A stretch of 64,000 nucleotides of DNA, taken from NCBI RefSeq assembly GCF_964204645.1, contig NC_134026.1, positions 6,533,950 to 6,597,949 on the forward strand, given 5' to 3'. This DNA comes from Tubulanus polymorphus. Taxonomy: Eukaryota; Animalia; Nemertea. A model generated the notes under the pieces. It ran no database searches, was not told the DNA's origin, and worked only from the letters and a program-made list of their open reading frames with translations. Below are positions 13,974 to 27,200 of this stretch, in pieces (within the stretch, counting starts at the first letter, position 1; each line of letters opens with the position of its first letter). The position numbers were made by a program, and so were the translations under genes.

Positions 13974-16900
13974 ATGGCTGAAGGAAGAGATGATCTAAAT
14001 CATGAGTTAATGCTCTTGGAACTTCAGGTAGGATCTAGAATTCAAGTTGAAAAAGGCACATATCATTTGTCAAATAGTTCTTCACTTTCTAAATATAATC
14101 ACCTTTTTTTCTAACGCGCACAAGATCACATTTCAACAAATTTCTAACAGCAAACACGTGAACTATGTTATGTAAACATTTATCCATTTAGTCAATTCAC
14201 TTTCAACCACAATATTGAATTCTAGAAATGTATGCTAATAACACACCTAGCCGTACTGAAATGGGTAGTTCAATAGACTTCGAGATTCGGATACTTTGAG
14301 ATGTTGAGAGGAATTACCATTTCTATGAACTTTGAGATTCTGATACTCTGAGATTCTATACTTACTGTGTCAGGAATCCGCATTCATTTCTATGGACTTA
14401 GAGATTCAGGTACTTCGAGATTTTGATATTGATATTTACTTACTGACGTTAGAATTCCTGGAGTGAGTTTGAGATCTTCTTGGAGATGATTGCGTTAAAA
14501 ACTCATCAGGGAACTTATTTGGAAACTGGTTATTACGCTTGATTCAAATACATAACAGTATATAATCATTGAATCGAGTGCGGAGACAAGCAATTTATTA
14601 CAGCCACTACAGATTTCTCAACATCTCCATAGTAACATCTGAATCCAACACCATCATCTAGCTGGGACCTTTACACACAATGAAGCTATAACCGACCTTT
14701 ATCGATGAAGGTATCGCGGGTACCTGTATCAAGCTATATTAATGTACAAAAATCTCGGGTAGATATTTTATGGTATATCGCAGGGCGACATGGCGGCGAT
14801 TCAGAGATCTGGGTCCAGTCGTTCTGGTCCCAGTGGACTCTATTCAGTAACTGCTAAATTTCTGAACGTGAGTATTTATCGATTTATTTCATATCCTGAT
14901 AAACTGCAATAGCGTATAGAAGAGCTTTGCATTTATCTAGAGGATTTGACGTCGAAATAAAATAGAATAGCATATATGTATGTATTGGACGCTTTTACTT
15001 TTATCCTTTATCACAAACACATCGTTTAACACCGGCAAAAAACAATTTCATAATGACCATAACTTATCTCATCTCATGGTAACATCTAGTGTTTTTCGAT
15101 GACGTTTCAATTTTCGAAAATCTATTTTCTACTAGCTACAAAACAGAACTTCAGGAAAAACCCCGAAAAAGGCATCTGTGAGTGTGAATTCAATTGTTTA
15201 GTTCGTCTCAAATGGAATGTAGAACCGTGATAACGTTAAGTCCCTCTAATGATAAGAAAAGCGTTGTCTCGAGCTCTGGCACTTGTAGTTTATTCGACGT
15301 TTCGACTTTATCCTAACACATGTATATATTTTAGGAATACGGAATGTTTCATTATCAAAAATGGTGAAACAACCATTTACTTAATGTGTTGATCGATCTT
15401 GCCAGGTCGTTCAGCAATGTTTGTTCGTAAACATTTATCTGTGTGTGAAGGTCTGCAATATAAAAAATATCGGATATTTCCCTATTGCTAAATATTGTTT
15501 AATCGCTGAAGCGTTCACATAATTCACCCCGCGATCCAATTACACAAGAGTTCGAGTAAATCAGGTCATTTTCAATATTTCAAACTTTCAGTTTTGAGGT
15601 ACAATGGATTCAAGTCATCTTTTTTATCTTTAATTACCCGAGTTTCTCGAGAAATAACTGATTCTAATTTTTTCTTCACGTTATGGGAATTTGACGTATT
15701 TTGATGTATAATTTACTGCATTAACGACAGTTTTCATTGTAATTGATAAATAATGAGTGAATAGCGAATCCTTTGAAGACCTGCTTTTCATGCATCTAAT
15801 TTAGGATATACGGACTCCTCGGATGATTGAAGTTCTGCCACAAACAGAAGGAAGAGACAACCGCGCATTCGATCCCAGTACGCAGAGGTTACACACAGGT
15901 CGAGGTCAAGGTCAGGATACGCAGCCGATGAGCGTAATCAACGCGGGTAATGAGGAGCCGTCGACGGTTCCAAAAATCAAAACAACCGAATTGATGATCG
16001 TTCGCCCGAAAACAACGCGGAAAATTTGCAAACCTATAAAAGAACAATCTGAGATTTCCGAGGCGGACGCGAAAAGAGCCGACAATGCGCGGCGAACTAA
16101 TGACATCGGTGTACGACTCGTAGAGGACGAGTCGGAAGATAACAATAACGGGAATTCGAGTAAAAAATACGCATTAATGAACCATTTCCTGAACGCCGCG
16201 GGTTATTCGGATCCTGAAAAAATCGATTTGAGTAAGTAAGAAAAATGACAAGAGACCCGTCCTTTGGCAAGTTGTGCGGTCATAGATTTTTAGAGTTAAG
16301 ACAATCTTAGTTTCATAACCTATCTTACAACTTACGACCAGTCTAAACCATTTTTGTTCTATAACCAATCTAACATCTTAAGACCAGGCTGAAGTAATGT
16401 TGGTTCTATAAACAATCTAAGACTTAAGACTTAAGACCGAGTCCTTTTAGATTTAATAAAGGCCACAGCTTTTGGAACTAAAGTCGCGACTGCGCAACTG
16501 GTTCTTTTGACATAACGTGATTCCCATGATACACTCTGATTATGAAAATTTGAATTTTCGCAAACATCAATAGTTATAATGGTAATGATTGATACGGTAA
16601 ACTGCCTCCGACTCGGGGGTTCGGTAAATTCAAGTACCTATTTTCAAATTGAACTTTTCTCGCCATCGAGTTAGAATATTATCCCGATTCCTTCATAATG
16701 ATCGAGTGTAGGACATGTTTCGTATTCTTATTATCGCGCTCCCGCACAATTATCTATAAATAATCAAGCTTCCGATGACGTCACCGTATAATCTTTTTTT
16801 GTTACAGCCGGAAATGATAAGGATATGATTCTAGACTTTCCAGTCGATGTTTACAGAAAGAAACGAAAACGGACGATAATTGCTGTCATTTCAGTGTTCG

Positions 16901-19900
16901 GCGCTTTGATCTGTATCGGGGCTATACAAGTAACAATATTAGCCGGTTAGTTAACAACGTCATCTAATACTCCGTCAAAACATGTCATTTCCTTCCGTAA
17001 ATATAACATTTTCTTTTGGTTTTTTTCATGCTATTTTAGCGCTCGGACACATAAAGATACGTCCAGATAATTCGACGAAAATCATAATTGAGCCACCGAA
17101 AACGGGTATATCAACGTATAGTCACGTGTTGAACATCCTTCGACAAATTTTTGCCATTTATTTGTTGGTGTATTTTAGAAGTTTTCTGACTTTCCAATTA
17201 TCATCTTTCTGTTGTTCTTTCAGTTGCGCGATTTAAGCTAAGATTTACTATAGAAAATCAGATATTTTCACGAGCATTGACGAATTCGAGTTCACCTGAT
17301 TATATACACCTCGCATCAAGCATACAAAATGGGGTAAAATACCACTGAAGAATTGATACCAAATATTCATTTACTTTCTTGCGTTGCGAATTAGTTCGTC
17401 AACTCTTTTATTTCTAGGTGGATAAGATGTATAGCAATAGCACGATTGCGCATTCTTACGGCAAGTCAACTATGATTAGCTTCAGGTGAGATTCGAAGAC
17501 CAGTCACAACCCATCGTTCAGTCTAAGAAACCCTTTGTTCGGTCTCTAGACATATTACAACCCTTTGTTCAGTCTCTTGACCAATCACAGTCCTTCGTTC
17601 AGTCTCTTAACCAATTAGAACCCTTCGTTCAGTCTCTTGACCAATCACAACCCATTGCTCAGTCAGTCATATCCAAATCATATGTGACATTCGTTGTTTG
17701 TTTACAACCTTTCGACCAATCACAAGCCTATATGGTTAGCCAACCACACGGTCAGCCTAGGCTCTGCCCGTACGTTTTACCTTAGGTGGCCGGCTTTAGG
17801 CCAATCACTACTCTTGGGTTCGTCCATCATGATGACCATAGTCGCACGTCACCAAATCAAACCCTGGAGCCAGATTCAGACATACGAAGCCTTAGGTTTG
17901 TGTACTTCTTCAATTTCAATCGAAAAAGCTCATTATTTTCTATCGATTCATTCATTCCAGTTCAGGGAGTGTAATTGTAACGATGAAATTGTACCTTAAA
18001 ACAACCGTCAATTGGAAGAATGTGACGGAAGTAGTTGATGTACCGACGACGTTTATGACCGAGGTTTTCACAGAAAATATCCATAGATTTTTGCCAGATT
18101 ACACCATTTCAACGGACAGCGTGTCGATCACAGTACAAGGTAGAATGTTTTGAGATAACGTAGATACTGAGGCAGTTCATAACAGACTGGGTAATAATGT
18201 GAGAAATTCCATGGGAAGAATTAGAAATTCCAGTCATTCGATGGCTGTATTGTAATATATCGGATAACTTTGATATCGGTCGAAGTGTTGGCACTCAGTG
18301 TCTGAAACTAGTAGAGAAATTTACATTTCTCCCACATCTCTCATGCAGAGATAGAGATGACGAAACTCACTGCCGCAAAGTGTGATTGATTGAGTTAATG
18401 AAGCAATCAAGTGAAACACGCTGAATTTGTATTTGGTAGATTTTTTTTTCAAAGTAAATTGAACTAAAAAGATTCGCCTCATTTAAATGTAGTAAAATTT
18501 TTATCCCTCGACAGTGGATCCGGCCTTTGGACGAAGTTCCTATTTTCTATAATACAGTAAAATTTTATTATGTCTTTAGTTTTACCTATAAGCGCAACGC
18601 TTGTACCTTACATGAGATGTAAACACCCACGGTATCTGGGAGACCTGATTGTCCAGGCCTGCCTGAATACATTCTATCAACTAAAAGTGTCCTCTGGTAG
18701 TTGCAGGTAAGAAGTTACTATTTTGCATCCATTTCTTTTCTACCAATTGGTCTAATGTCGGAATTCTAATGTTTTCTGATATATTTCCAGTCAGCTGTCT
18801 AAGTTGATAACGTGTATGCAGAAACCATCGGGATGTACCAGTTCGCACATACTACATTTTCTGTCCAGTTACGTTTCTCAAACGTGGATTTCGAAAACGA
18901 TGAATTTTCGGCCAGTTGTCAGTAAATGTTACAGAGTGAATGAAACCTTACAAACTGGTAAATATCGCAAAACTGAATATTTTATACCTTGCTAATTTCA
19001 AGATCTTTTATATCGTCTTTCGTGGATAGATTTAACTTAATATCCATAAAGAGCAAACGGTTTCATATTCTTGTTCCAGAGTTAACAGAGTAGACCCCTT
19101 CTCAAAGCAAATGTCAACTGATATAAAAACTACAATAGATTAATTAGACTTTGGTGACCTTAGAATAGCAAACTGGTTACATAACATAAGTTAACAAAAC
19201 ATGTGTCTAAAACATTTGAAATGAATAATGAAAAATTTTGAAATTTTGAAAACAGAAGTAATAAGTTAGCTTTTATAATCTGTTATCAGTCTGTTGAACG
19301 AAGACTTTATTTTACAATCATGTCATGGCGACAAGTAAAAAAGTCAGTTAAAAACACTGTCCTATGGGAGGTATATCTGTTCGATGTTCTTGTTTTGCAG
19401 GAATTTGTCCTGATCAGATGAGTTTAGACTCGTTGGACAAGTCGGCACCGCATTGTTTTAGCGACGGCAGAGTGACCGATTGTGGGTATGTTTCGAATGA
19501 AATGATATATGAATACCGGGCATACTCTTGTCTTCAATAGATACCGGCACAAAAAATTAGGAAGTTGTTCACCTATGAAAATTATATGTTTTTGAAGAAA
19601 GACGCGAATTAAACCAAATATTGCAATAACGTCTGAAATATATTAGTGGTAGTGGCTATTTGTTCTCATAAGTTTATATTTTCATAATTTTCATCGATTC
19701 TACCAACTGATATTATTCGAGTAGATTTGATTGACTCTGATTTTCGTAATTGTCGATGTTTTTCAGAGATGAGCTGGCCAGAACGCGGTGTTTACGCCAG
19801 GAGTTAAACTGTTCAACTAGTTCTATCGCTGACGCTCTTTTGAATGCCACCTCGTGCAATGACACCTGCTTGAATTTACTTTCGAATTCCAGTCGCCTGA

Positions 19901-21142
19901 TTGAAGATATGAAATCTATTTGTCCTTATCAATATTCCTGGCTGACGGATGGCTGGAAAAATAACACACCTGAAATAAATTGCAGGTAATTATTGATAGT
20001 TATTTTTGGGATATGAGTTATTGTCAAGACCAGTAGAAGCCCACTCATTTGTTCTTTTATTCTTGCTTTATATCGTTTTGATCTTTGCTACTCGAGACTA
20101 ACCCTACTGGATTGTTCATTTAACCTCACGACGGGACCACGCACTTTTTGAAGTGTCACACCGTAAGCAGCCTATGCAGGACTCGAACCCACTTGTCTTA
20201 CTTAGAGCTGATCATATCAGTCCTCATCCCACTGAGCTGAGGCCGCCATTTTCAAACAATTCATCCGAAAAAATGCAAACCCAAAATGCAGTTCCATAGA
20301 TTCGATCTATGTATGACTTAAATAAGTAAAATATTTGAAAAATACTTTCTTTTAAATCTGGAATGATACTTAACAGAGATCTGTGAGCTTGATCTTGAAA
20401 AGCTAGTCCTGTCCAGTCCTGATTACACGACTTACTTTCCAGAAATCTTTACCAGCGTTACCTGATAATTCTGACTCAATCGTGAAGCTTTATCAATGAT
20501 TTCTACTGCATTTTAATCTTCACAATTCATTATTTCCAGGCATCGTAGATTACTACAGTTGTGTGGACATCTGAATGATCGCAATTGTTTCAATCGTTCA
20601 AATAATCAATCGGAATTATTGACACAAACTCTGATTGATCTAAATGACGATTATTCTGTCTCCGAGTTTGACGACGATCTTTCGTGTCAAACTGGTGCTA
20701 ACAAATCATCGTCGTTTTCTGAATACTGGTTGAAATGGGACACGTGGAACACGTGTCAATCGTATCTATCCGAGTGCAAACGAGCGTTGAATCAAAGTCA
20801 AATCTCAGCCGCTTGCATGTAAATTATACATATTTCGATTATATATAACGAGATTAGTAGTGCTATGTAGGTCTGAATTTTTCTTCGTTTTTCTCAATTT
20901 CTAGGTGTTTAGAGAAGAAGTTTATCCCTTGTGTTGTGTGGGCGAACGATGATTTCTACTACGGCTGGTCGTCGGATTCTGTTTCTGTTGGTTTTAAATC
21001 ATTATTTGAACGATTCGTCAACGATGTGGACGTAGTAAGAATAACCGGATTTTCAGCGAAATGCCTCGCGTCGGGTCCTCACAAGTCGACAACTGAAACC
21101 GCGATCACAACGACGAAGAAAAATACGTTTCAAAAAGTTTAA
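13974..21142 (+). CDS. Type II single-pass membrane protein with SEA domain and C-terminal cysteine-rich modules (~14 exons)
   Basis: Exons approx. 13974-14027 (MAEGRDDLNHELMLLELQ), 14784-14867, 15805-16231, 16809-16944 (RKKRKR then TM TIIAVISVFGALICIGAIQVTILA), 17040-17104, 17224-17333 (RFKLRFTIENQIFSRALTNSSSPDYIHLASSIQNG), 17418-17485, 17961-18139 (FS|SGSVIVTMKLY), 18580-18707, 18791-18957, 19401-19486, 19767-19985, 20540-20818, 20905-21142 (stop). Splice phases are compatible, and the SEA signatures (L.N..S..Y..L; F.xGSVIV) are present. Confidence 0.85.
16265..16505. mobile_element. MITE of the ..TTAAGACT/AGTCTTAA.. family (relatives at 1-200, 10480-10590, 34625-34770, 36390-36500)
   Basis: Termini AAGTTGTGCGGTC.. 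/ ..GACTGCGCAACTGG and internal TTGGTTCTATA / CTTAAGAC motifs are shared with the other listed loci. Confidence 0.55.
17497..17745 (+). repeat. ~30-bp intronic minisatellite (GACCAATCACAACCCTTCGTTCAGTCTCTT)
   Basis: About 6-7 degenerate units directly after the donor at 17485. Confidence 0.8.
20040..20240 (-). mobile_element. tRNA-derived SINE
   Basis: The minus strand reads AGCTCAGTGG (A box) ... GGGTTCGAGTCC (B box) ... ACACTTCAAA..GTCCCGTCGTGAGGTTAAATGAACAATCCAGTAGGGTTAGT. The body is shared with 47780-47850. Confidence 0.7.
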
Positions 21143-23318
21143 AGTTCAACTAATTTTCGATCGAGTTCAGAATGATATTCACAGAAAATCGCATCAAAAT
21201 CTCGCAGGCTCCAGTTCCGCATTCATGATTAATGATTAAGAGTTATCTCTTCGATTTGAAATAGGTCCAATGACTTAATAGCTCTTAGTTGAATCTAAAC
21301 TCGGAACGGTACAACTGTGGGTCCTGATTCGACAGTTATATATTGATAAATAGTTCGACTGAATAGTTACCACGGTTCGTTTCGAATGTTTTAATCATAC
21401 TCGAATCTTTACCGATAACTATGTAACTGGGTCCTCCACTGAGAACCTTAGTGTCAGTGATATCGCTATCTTGATCCCAAGGCTCTGAGTACACGCAGAG
21501 CACCGCGAACCAGCCACCCTCAGGACTGGGTGAACTGGATCCTGGAGTCAATTGCAGTCACCACTCAGAATCCCCAAGCCCGTTTTGGTTCTATAACCAA
21601 TCAAACAGTCCAGGAGACAGTCATCAGTAGAGCTGATGGGCCCGAGTAAGGAGGACTACACAGCTGGGCTCGGGGTTTTATTCTTGTTTTCTTTGTTTCA
21701 TCTCGTTTAAGATTTCGTTGTAAGATTTTCCGTCCAAACTCGTTACATATTTGTGAAAAACTATTACTTCATTTTTACGAATATTCGTGTGCATTCATGA
21801 ATGTATATATAGAGCGACAGGCGAAGGGTTTTTAATTTCAGAATTTGTATACAATTTAGATTTAAACGCGTGCTAAAAGTGCTACATTTATTATACGTTT
21901 TTATAAACCTTTGAAAAATGTGAAAGTAGGTTGAAATTTGACTTTATTCATTGTCACTAAATCATTTTATTAACTTTAAAAAGACTTCGATTCTATTTGA
22001 CGTGAGGCGGCATTCAGCATTTTTCCATCAGTCGAGCTGGCGGTGGGTACCGGTACTCACTACGGCTTCATAGAAGCCTTTTTATGACCCGATCTTTCAT
22101 GTTTGTACCATTCTTGGGTGTGTTGGTAACTTTGACTGTCGGATGAAGTAAATTGAAAACGCTTTTGTGCTCCCTCCTAAGAGGAATAGGGGTCATGTTT
22201 CCATGGAGAGAATATTCCATCGTATCATTAATCGGCATAACTTAATATAGCAGAAATGAACATGAAGCATTTTATCAACATATTGCTGACATTGCCCAAA
22301 TATTTACGATTTCATGGAACGGATATTGAAGGCATTAGATAAGTAAGTTTCGTGCAAATATAAAGCGTTATCAAAACCAAACACGTAAGCAAGATAAATT
22401 ATTGACAAAATTTCGCGCGTAAACAGAATATCCAATAGAAACTTCATGTATCGAAACATTGATGAAACGATGCGTGAAATTAGTGTTTAGAAACATAAAA
22501 GAATATTTTATCATAGACCGCAATGTTTGTTTTTTACATGTTACGTACCTCAATTATATCCGCACACAACCTATAAACTTCAGTGTTTCTTGTATTAAAG
22601 CCTTATAAAAGGCTGCCTTGTTTAAATACCAATTGACACAGTCATGTTCATTCACTTGAAAACAAAGTTTTTCGCTTGAGATTTAAAGTTCAAAATAACA
22701 TCGTGTTTGTATTTTGATTCTAAGCTTAGTGTGCTTTGTGTGAAGGTCCACGTAACGAATCCGTCTTTAGGCGCATTTCGAAAAAAGCTGTGTCTGTTCC
22801 TGTATTCCCCAGACGGATTGACAGAAACGAACTTCAGGAGGGGATGATGAATTATTTCCTCCTCCCTATTATCTTCTATAAACTGACCCGCAGGATGCAG
22901 ACAGTGTGGGGAAGACAGAATATCCCCTCACCGCATAAACTGAAAAGTCTTTCAACTTCTTTTTATAAAGAAGATAACTCTTTCTTTCGATATCAATTTT
23001 CAAAACTTGCAAAATTGCAATACAAGAAATATACAAGTATATTTAACATTCATAAAAATATTTTTTTTAAAAGAATTTTTAGAAGAGAAATGTATTTTAT
23101 TTTCACGTTATTTGATGAAAGTTTATACTGCTCAGAGTGGTGCCGTTTACACTTGATACTGCAACTGTGATATTTCCGCAATGTCCACATCTCCACATTG
23201 ACCACAGGAACAATGGCCAGTTGCTCGCAAGTTGCCGTGTAAATGCCGTAATGACTATACAAATTATGTCCGACCAACTAAAATAGTTTGAGTCAGTTGC
23301 GCGGTTCTCGGTATAGGT

Positions 23319-23667
23319 CATCCTCCCTTTGCAGGGACTCGAACCTGATGGCATCGCTACACTCAGCCACGGCACGAACCCCTGCCATAAACGACCATGT
23401 GCGCAGTTACATGCGCACTATCCGAACGAAAACTGGCGGCACCAATCAGATTGCTCGTTGTATAATCGTTGAGGCAAATTTCAAGGAAGAACTATAAACC
23501 AACTATAAATGGGAAAACCTGGGCTAAAATAAAACTGGATTTCTGATTGGCTAAAAATCACATCATCTGAACTGCGCATGTATCTGCGCACACGGTCGAT
23601 TATGGCAGGGTTTCGTGCCGTGGCAATCTCGATGCCATCAGGTTCGAATCCCTGCCGGGGGAGGATG
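23319..23667. mobile_element. Non-autonomous DNA transposon (MITE) with ~100-bp TIRs and 9-bp TSD
   Basis: The terminal inverted repeats (TIRs) are CATCCTCCC..GCAGGGACTCGAACCTGATGGCATCG.. and ..CGATGCCATCAGGTTCGAATCCCTGC..GGGAGGATG. The direct repeat GGTATAGGT flanks the element at 23310-23318 and 23668-23676. Confidence 0.8.
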
Positions 23668-24242
23668 GGTATAGGTAATAGACTCCAGAAAATTTGGAAA
23701 TGAACTTATTTCCTGACGATTCAAAATGGACCACCAAACTGTTAAACGGCGTCCTGGTGGTCAACGCTAAACACCGTTGGAGCGTTCGGGTGGGGATAAC
23801 GATATCACACTGTCGAACCCCCGTTCAGTCTCTCAAGTTGCTGGAGTTTCAGGCACCACAAAACTCATCGGTTCCAGGTTGTGACGATAGGAAATTACAA
23901 TTACATTTTAAATTCTCCCCGGATAATCGCTCTTACAATAAATAAGAGTATGATGTAAGATCAAATCTAATTGAAAATGAACTTATTTTGATCGGGTACG
24001 CCCGATATCTGACAGTGATGACGGTATGACTGGTGTGTACCGGTTCCCCATTTACATCAAAACTCATACAGGTTTGTTCGATCGGTATCTGCCCATTCCG
24101 GAATTCTCTTCCGATGCTCCTGGACTACCTATTCCGGAATAGCATCATCTGTGAACCCGATAGAAATGGCCGGTATAGAGTTTCTAATCCGGAATTGATA
24201 CTATTCTTAAACCGGAATACGTTCAATCGGAACCTGCTTTCC

Positions 24243-27200
24243 TTAGTCTCGTCGCTGAAGTCTTTCATTTTCGCCGTTTGAAAACGACCTGTGGTAAGCG
24301 GGGTTGACGCGTACGAACGGACTTTGCGTCGTCGTGATTCTCGTCAAGGTGCACGATTCGCAGCACACGCAGCGCATCACGATCTGTTTGAAAGCTTTAC
24401 GAAATTTCGTCGAGATGACGTTGTAAACGATCGGGTTAACGGCGCTGTTGATGTAGATCATCAAACGGCAGAAGTAAACGATGGCGATTATTGTGGTTAT
24501 GCCGAGCTTTTTAAAAGCCTCGATCGAGTTGAATATTAAATATAGAGACAAGACTCGAAACGGAAGCATGCAAACAAAAAACGCTACGGTTAATAAGATG
24601 AGCATTATTACGATCTGGCGTCGGCTTTGTAGCGCTATGAGCGCTTTTTCGTCGGTCTGGTTCCCGAGCGCACATTTATCGTATAAAAGTCTCTTACCGA
24701 CGATACTGTAAAGAACTAACATAATGACAAAAGGAACCATAAGAAAACAGACCGCGTTTGCCGTTATGTATACTTTCTGCCATGTTTTTGTAATCAGAGT
24801 CTGGCAAACGAAAATCGAACTTCCATCCGTTGCGCTTTTCGACGTCAGTTCCGCCATGAAGAAAAACGGCAACGTCGTTACGATGGCGACCGACCAGACG
24901 ATTGTTAGTAGTTTCGATAGGCAGCGATTGGTCCAGAGAGCAGGAGCGCGGAGTGGGTGGCAGATGGCGTAATAACGCTCCATGCTGATCGCTAGAATAG
25001 TCAGGACCGACGCGTGAGTTACTGCGTTCTCCAAAAACGGCAAGAACTTACCTGCAAAGAGAATCATTTTCAATTAGTTATGTCAAGTGTCAGAGTTCGT
25101 AGAATGTAGAGACGACCAGGATTCGAGCCCATTTTTGTATGAGTGGAATTGTTACACCTGTGATGCTATATGATTTTGTGATTTGTTATAGCGAACATTA
25201 AAGAATTTAATCATATAAGAAACCCGTGCTTAGTTGATCGATAAAATTCACATCCAAGGTCAGTCAGAGGTCATCCTGTAGTCCTGTGGAGTTGTGAATT
25301 TCGGATAGAGCATGGACGTTAGTTTATAGATAGAGTTTATAGAGCATGGACGTTAGCCCATGGATAATAGCAAAGAAAAAGGGGTTCTGCCTATTTTACT
25401 TATAATTATATATTCTACCACCGTTCCAATTTGTTATATGAAATAAACTTAAAACTTAAATTCTGATGGTATTGTCAGAATCAGTTCGGAGACGTGTTTT
25501 CGCCTGTCTGAAGCCAATCGATTCACTCAGCGGTTCAGCATGCAATGATTAGAACGCTGGTAACCGACCCCTCCCCCGGTACTTAATATATACGGCATCA
25601 ACAACATCGGATAATCCGTGACAAAAATCTGTTAGTCTAGAATTCCCTGTAGGGATCAAACGCATAAACCTGAACATGACACGTGGTAGGTATACGGTGT
25701 GCCTTGGCGCGCTATACGCTTCTCGAATAAGCAAGTTACTCACTTATCCTTGTCACGCGTCAGAGCCATGAATCAAGAAACCTAGGAAAAGCTTACAAAC
25801 TTCTAAGATCGAGAAATAACTTAATAATTGATCAAAGAACAATATGTAACTGAATATATGAACAAAATGTTCAAAAGTTTACAACATCTAATACGAATTC
25901 ACCACCGTGGTGTAATGAATAATTATGTATGAGAGCGTTAAACTAGTTCATGTAATATGTTTTTAACTCAGAGCTGAGGAACTAAGTCCCGGGGCAAGTT
26001 GTTCAAAAGTATGGTATACCTGTGGCGTACAGAGAGTGATAATAGATGTAACAGTTGAATTGTGCCTTAAATTATGGGTTTGTTTGAAACTCTGGGCAAA
26101 TATTCATGATAAGCCGCTTTACTATCTAAGTTGTCTTAGTATATTTATTATGCTGACGACTTCTTCAAATAACGCTTCAGTAGACTGAATTGGAAAAACA
26201 AATAAGCTACATTTTAAGAAAAACAGTTACGCGAAAACTGGGTATTGGGGCCTGCCGTGAATAACTGAAAAAGTGGCAATCTAAAATATCAGATTTTGTC
26301 AAAGTCGTCTTTAGTAAGACTAGTCATGAGACTTTTTCAAATTGATGAATACGATATGCATATGCATGTTAATGGAATTTAGATTATATCGTATGATATC
26401 AAAGAGATTTACAATTACAATTACATTTACAATCAAAGAAATGAAATAAACACGTTACCGATACTAAAAATATAGATGTCCGTAATTGCTGTAATTACGA
26501 GGCTGTCGTGCAAATATAAATCATTATTATAGTCTGTGCCGACCAGATGTAGCCACTTCCAGTGGTTAAATTGGTAAATTGATATATGAAAATCAATAAG
26601 ATATATTAATGGCATTTGAGTCCCCTGTGGTTGTCCGTGTCAGTTATAAGTGCTATCATATGTTCATTATCAATCTTCACGTAGTTTTATTGATGGATAT
26701 GGATGAGCCCGATGATACACAATATCACATCTACGTAGCCTATAACTGAATGAATCTAGAATATCATATCACCAGTGTATGTGCCGTCGTGTTATCTCGT
26801 GATTCAAGCATTCAATTAATTGATCATGCATTTGATGTTCGAAATAAAATTGATTGATTTATATCTAAGAAAACACGAAAGCAGGTGTTCATTGTTATGT
26901 TCATGTTCATTGTGTTCGATTAAACTAAGGGTCCGTCGTACAGCGAAGCCTTCGTCAATTGTTTACTTCTCTGCTTTTCTGGACCCGCCTTGTACATACA
27001 GCTAAAGCCTTTTATAATTCCGCGTTGGGAACAATGAACGAATTTGGCAGCGTTATAAAAAAATGTCATTTTCATCGAATTTGAATTAGATTTAGAAAAT
27101 TAAAATTTTGTTCTCTGAAAATGTTAGCGTGAAATTAGTGGTGACATGAAAGGATGACAACGGACTTTGACTGTTTTATCACTCATAGTTATGAGTTAAA

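Noticed and set aside
17486-17999. ORFs with QPFVQSLD repeats
   Set aside because: They are an intronic minisatellite between two SEA-domain exons that splice cleanly around it.
24291-24972. Plus-strand ORFs overlapping the GPCR exon
   Set aside because: They are antisense shadows of the real coding exon.
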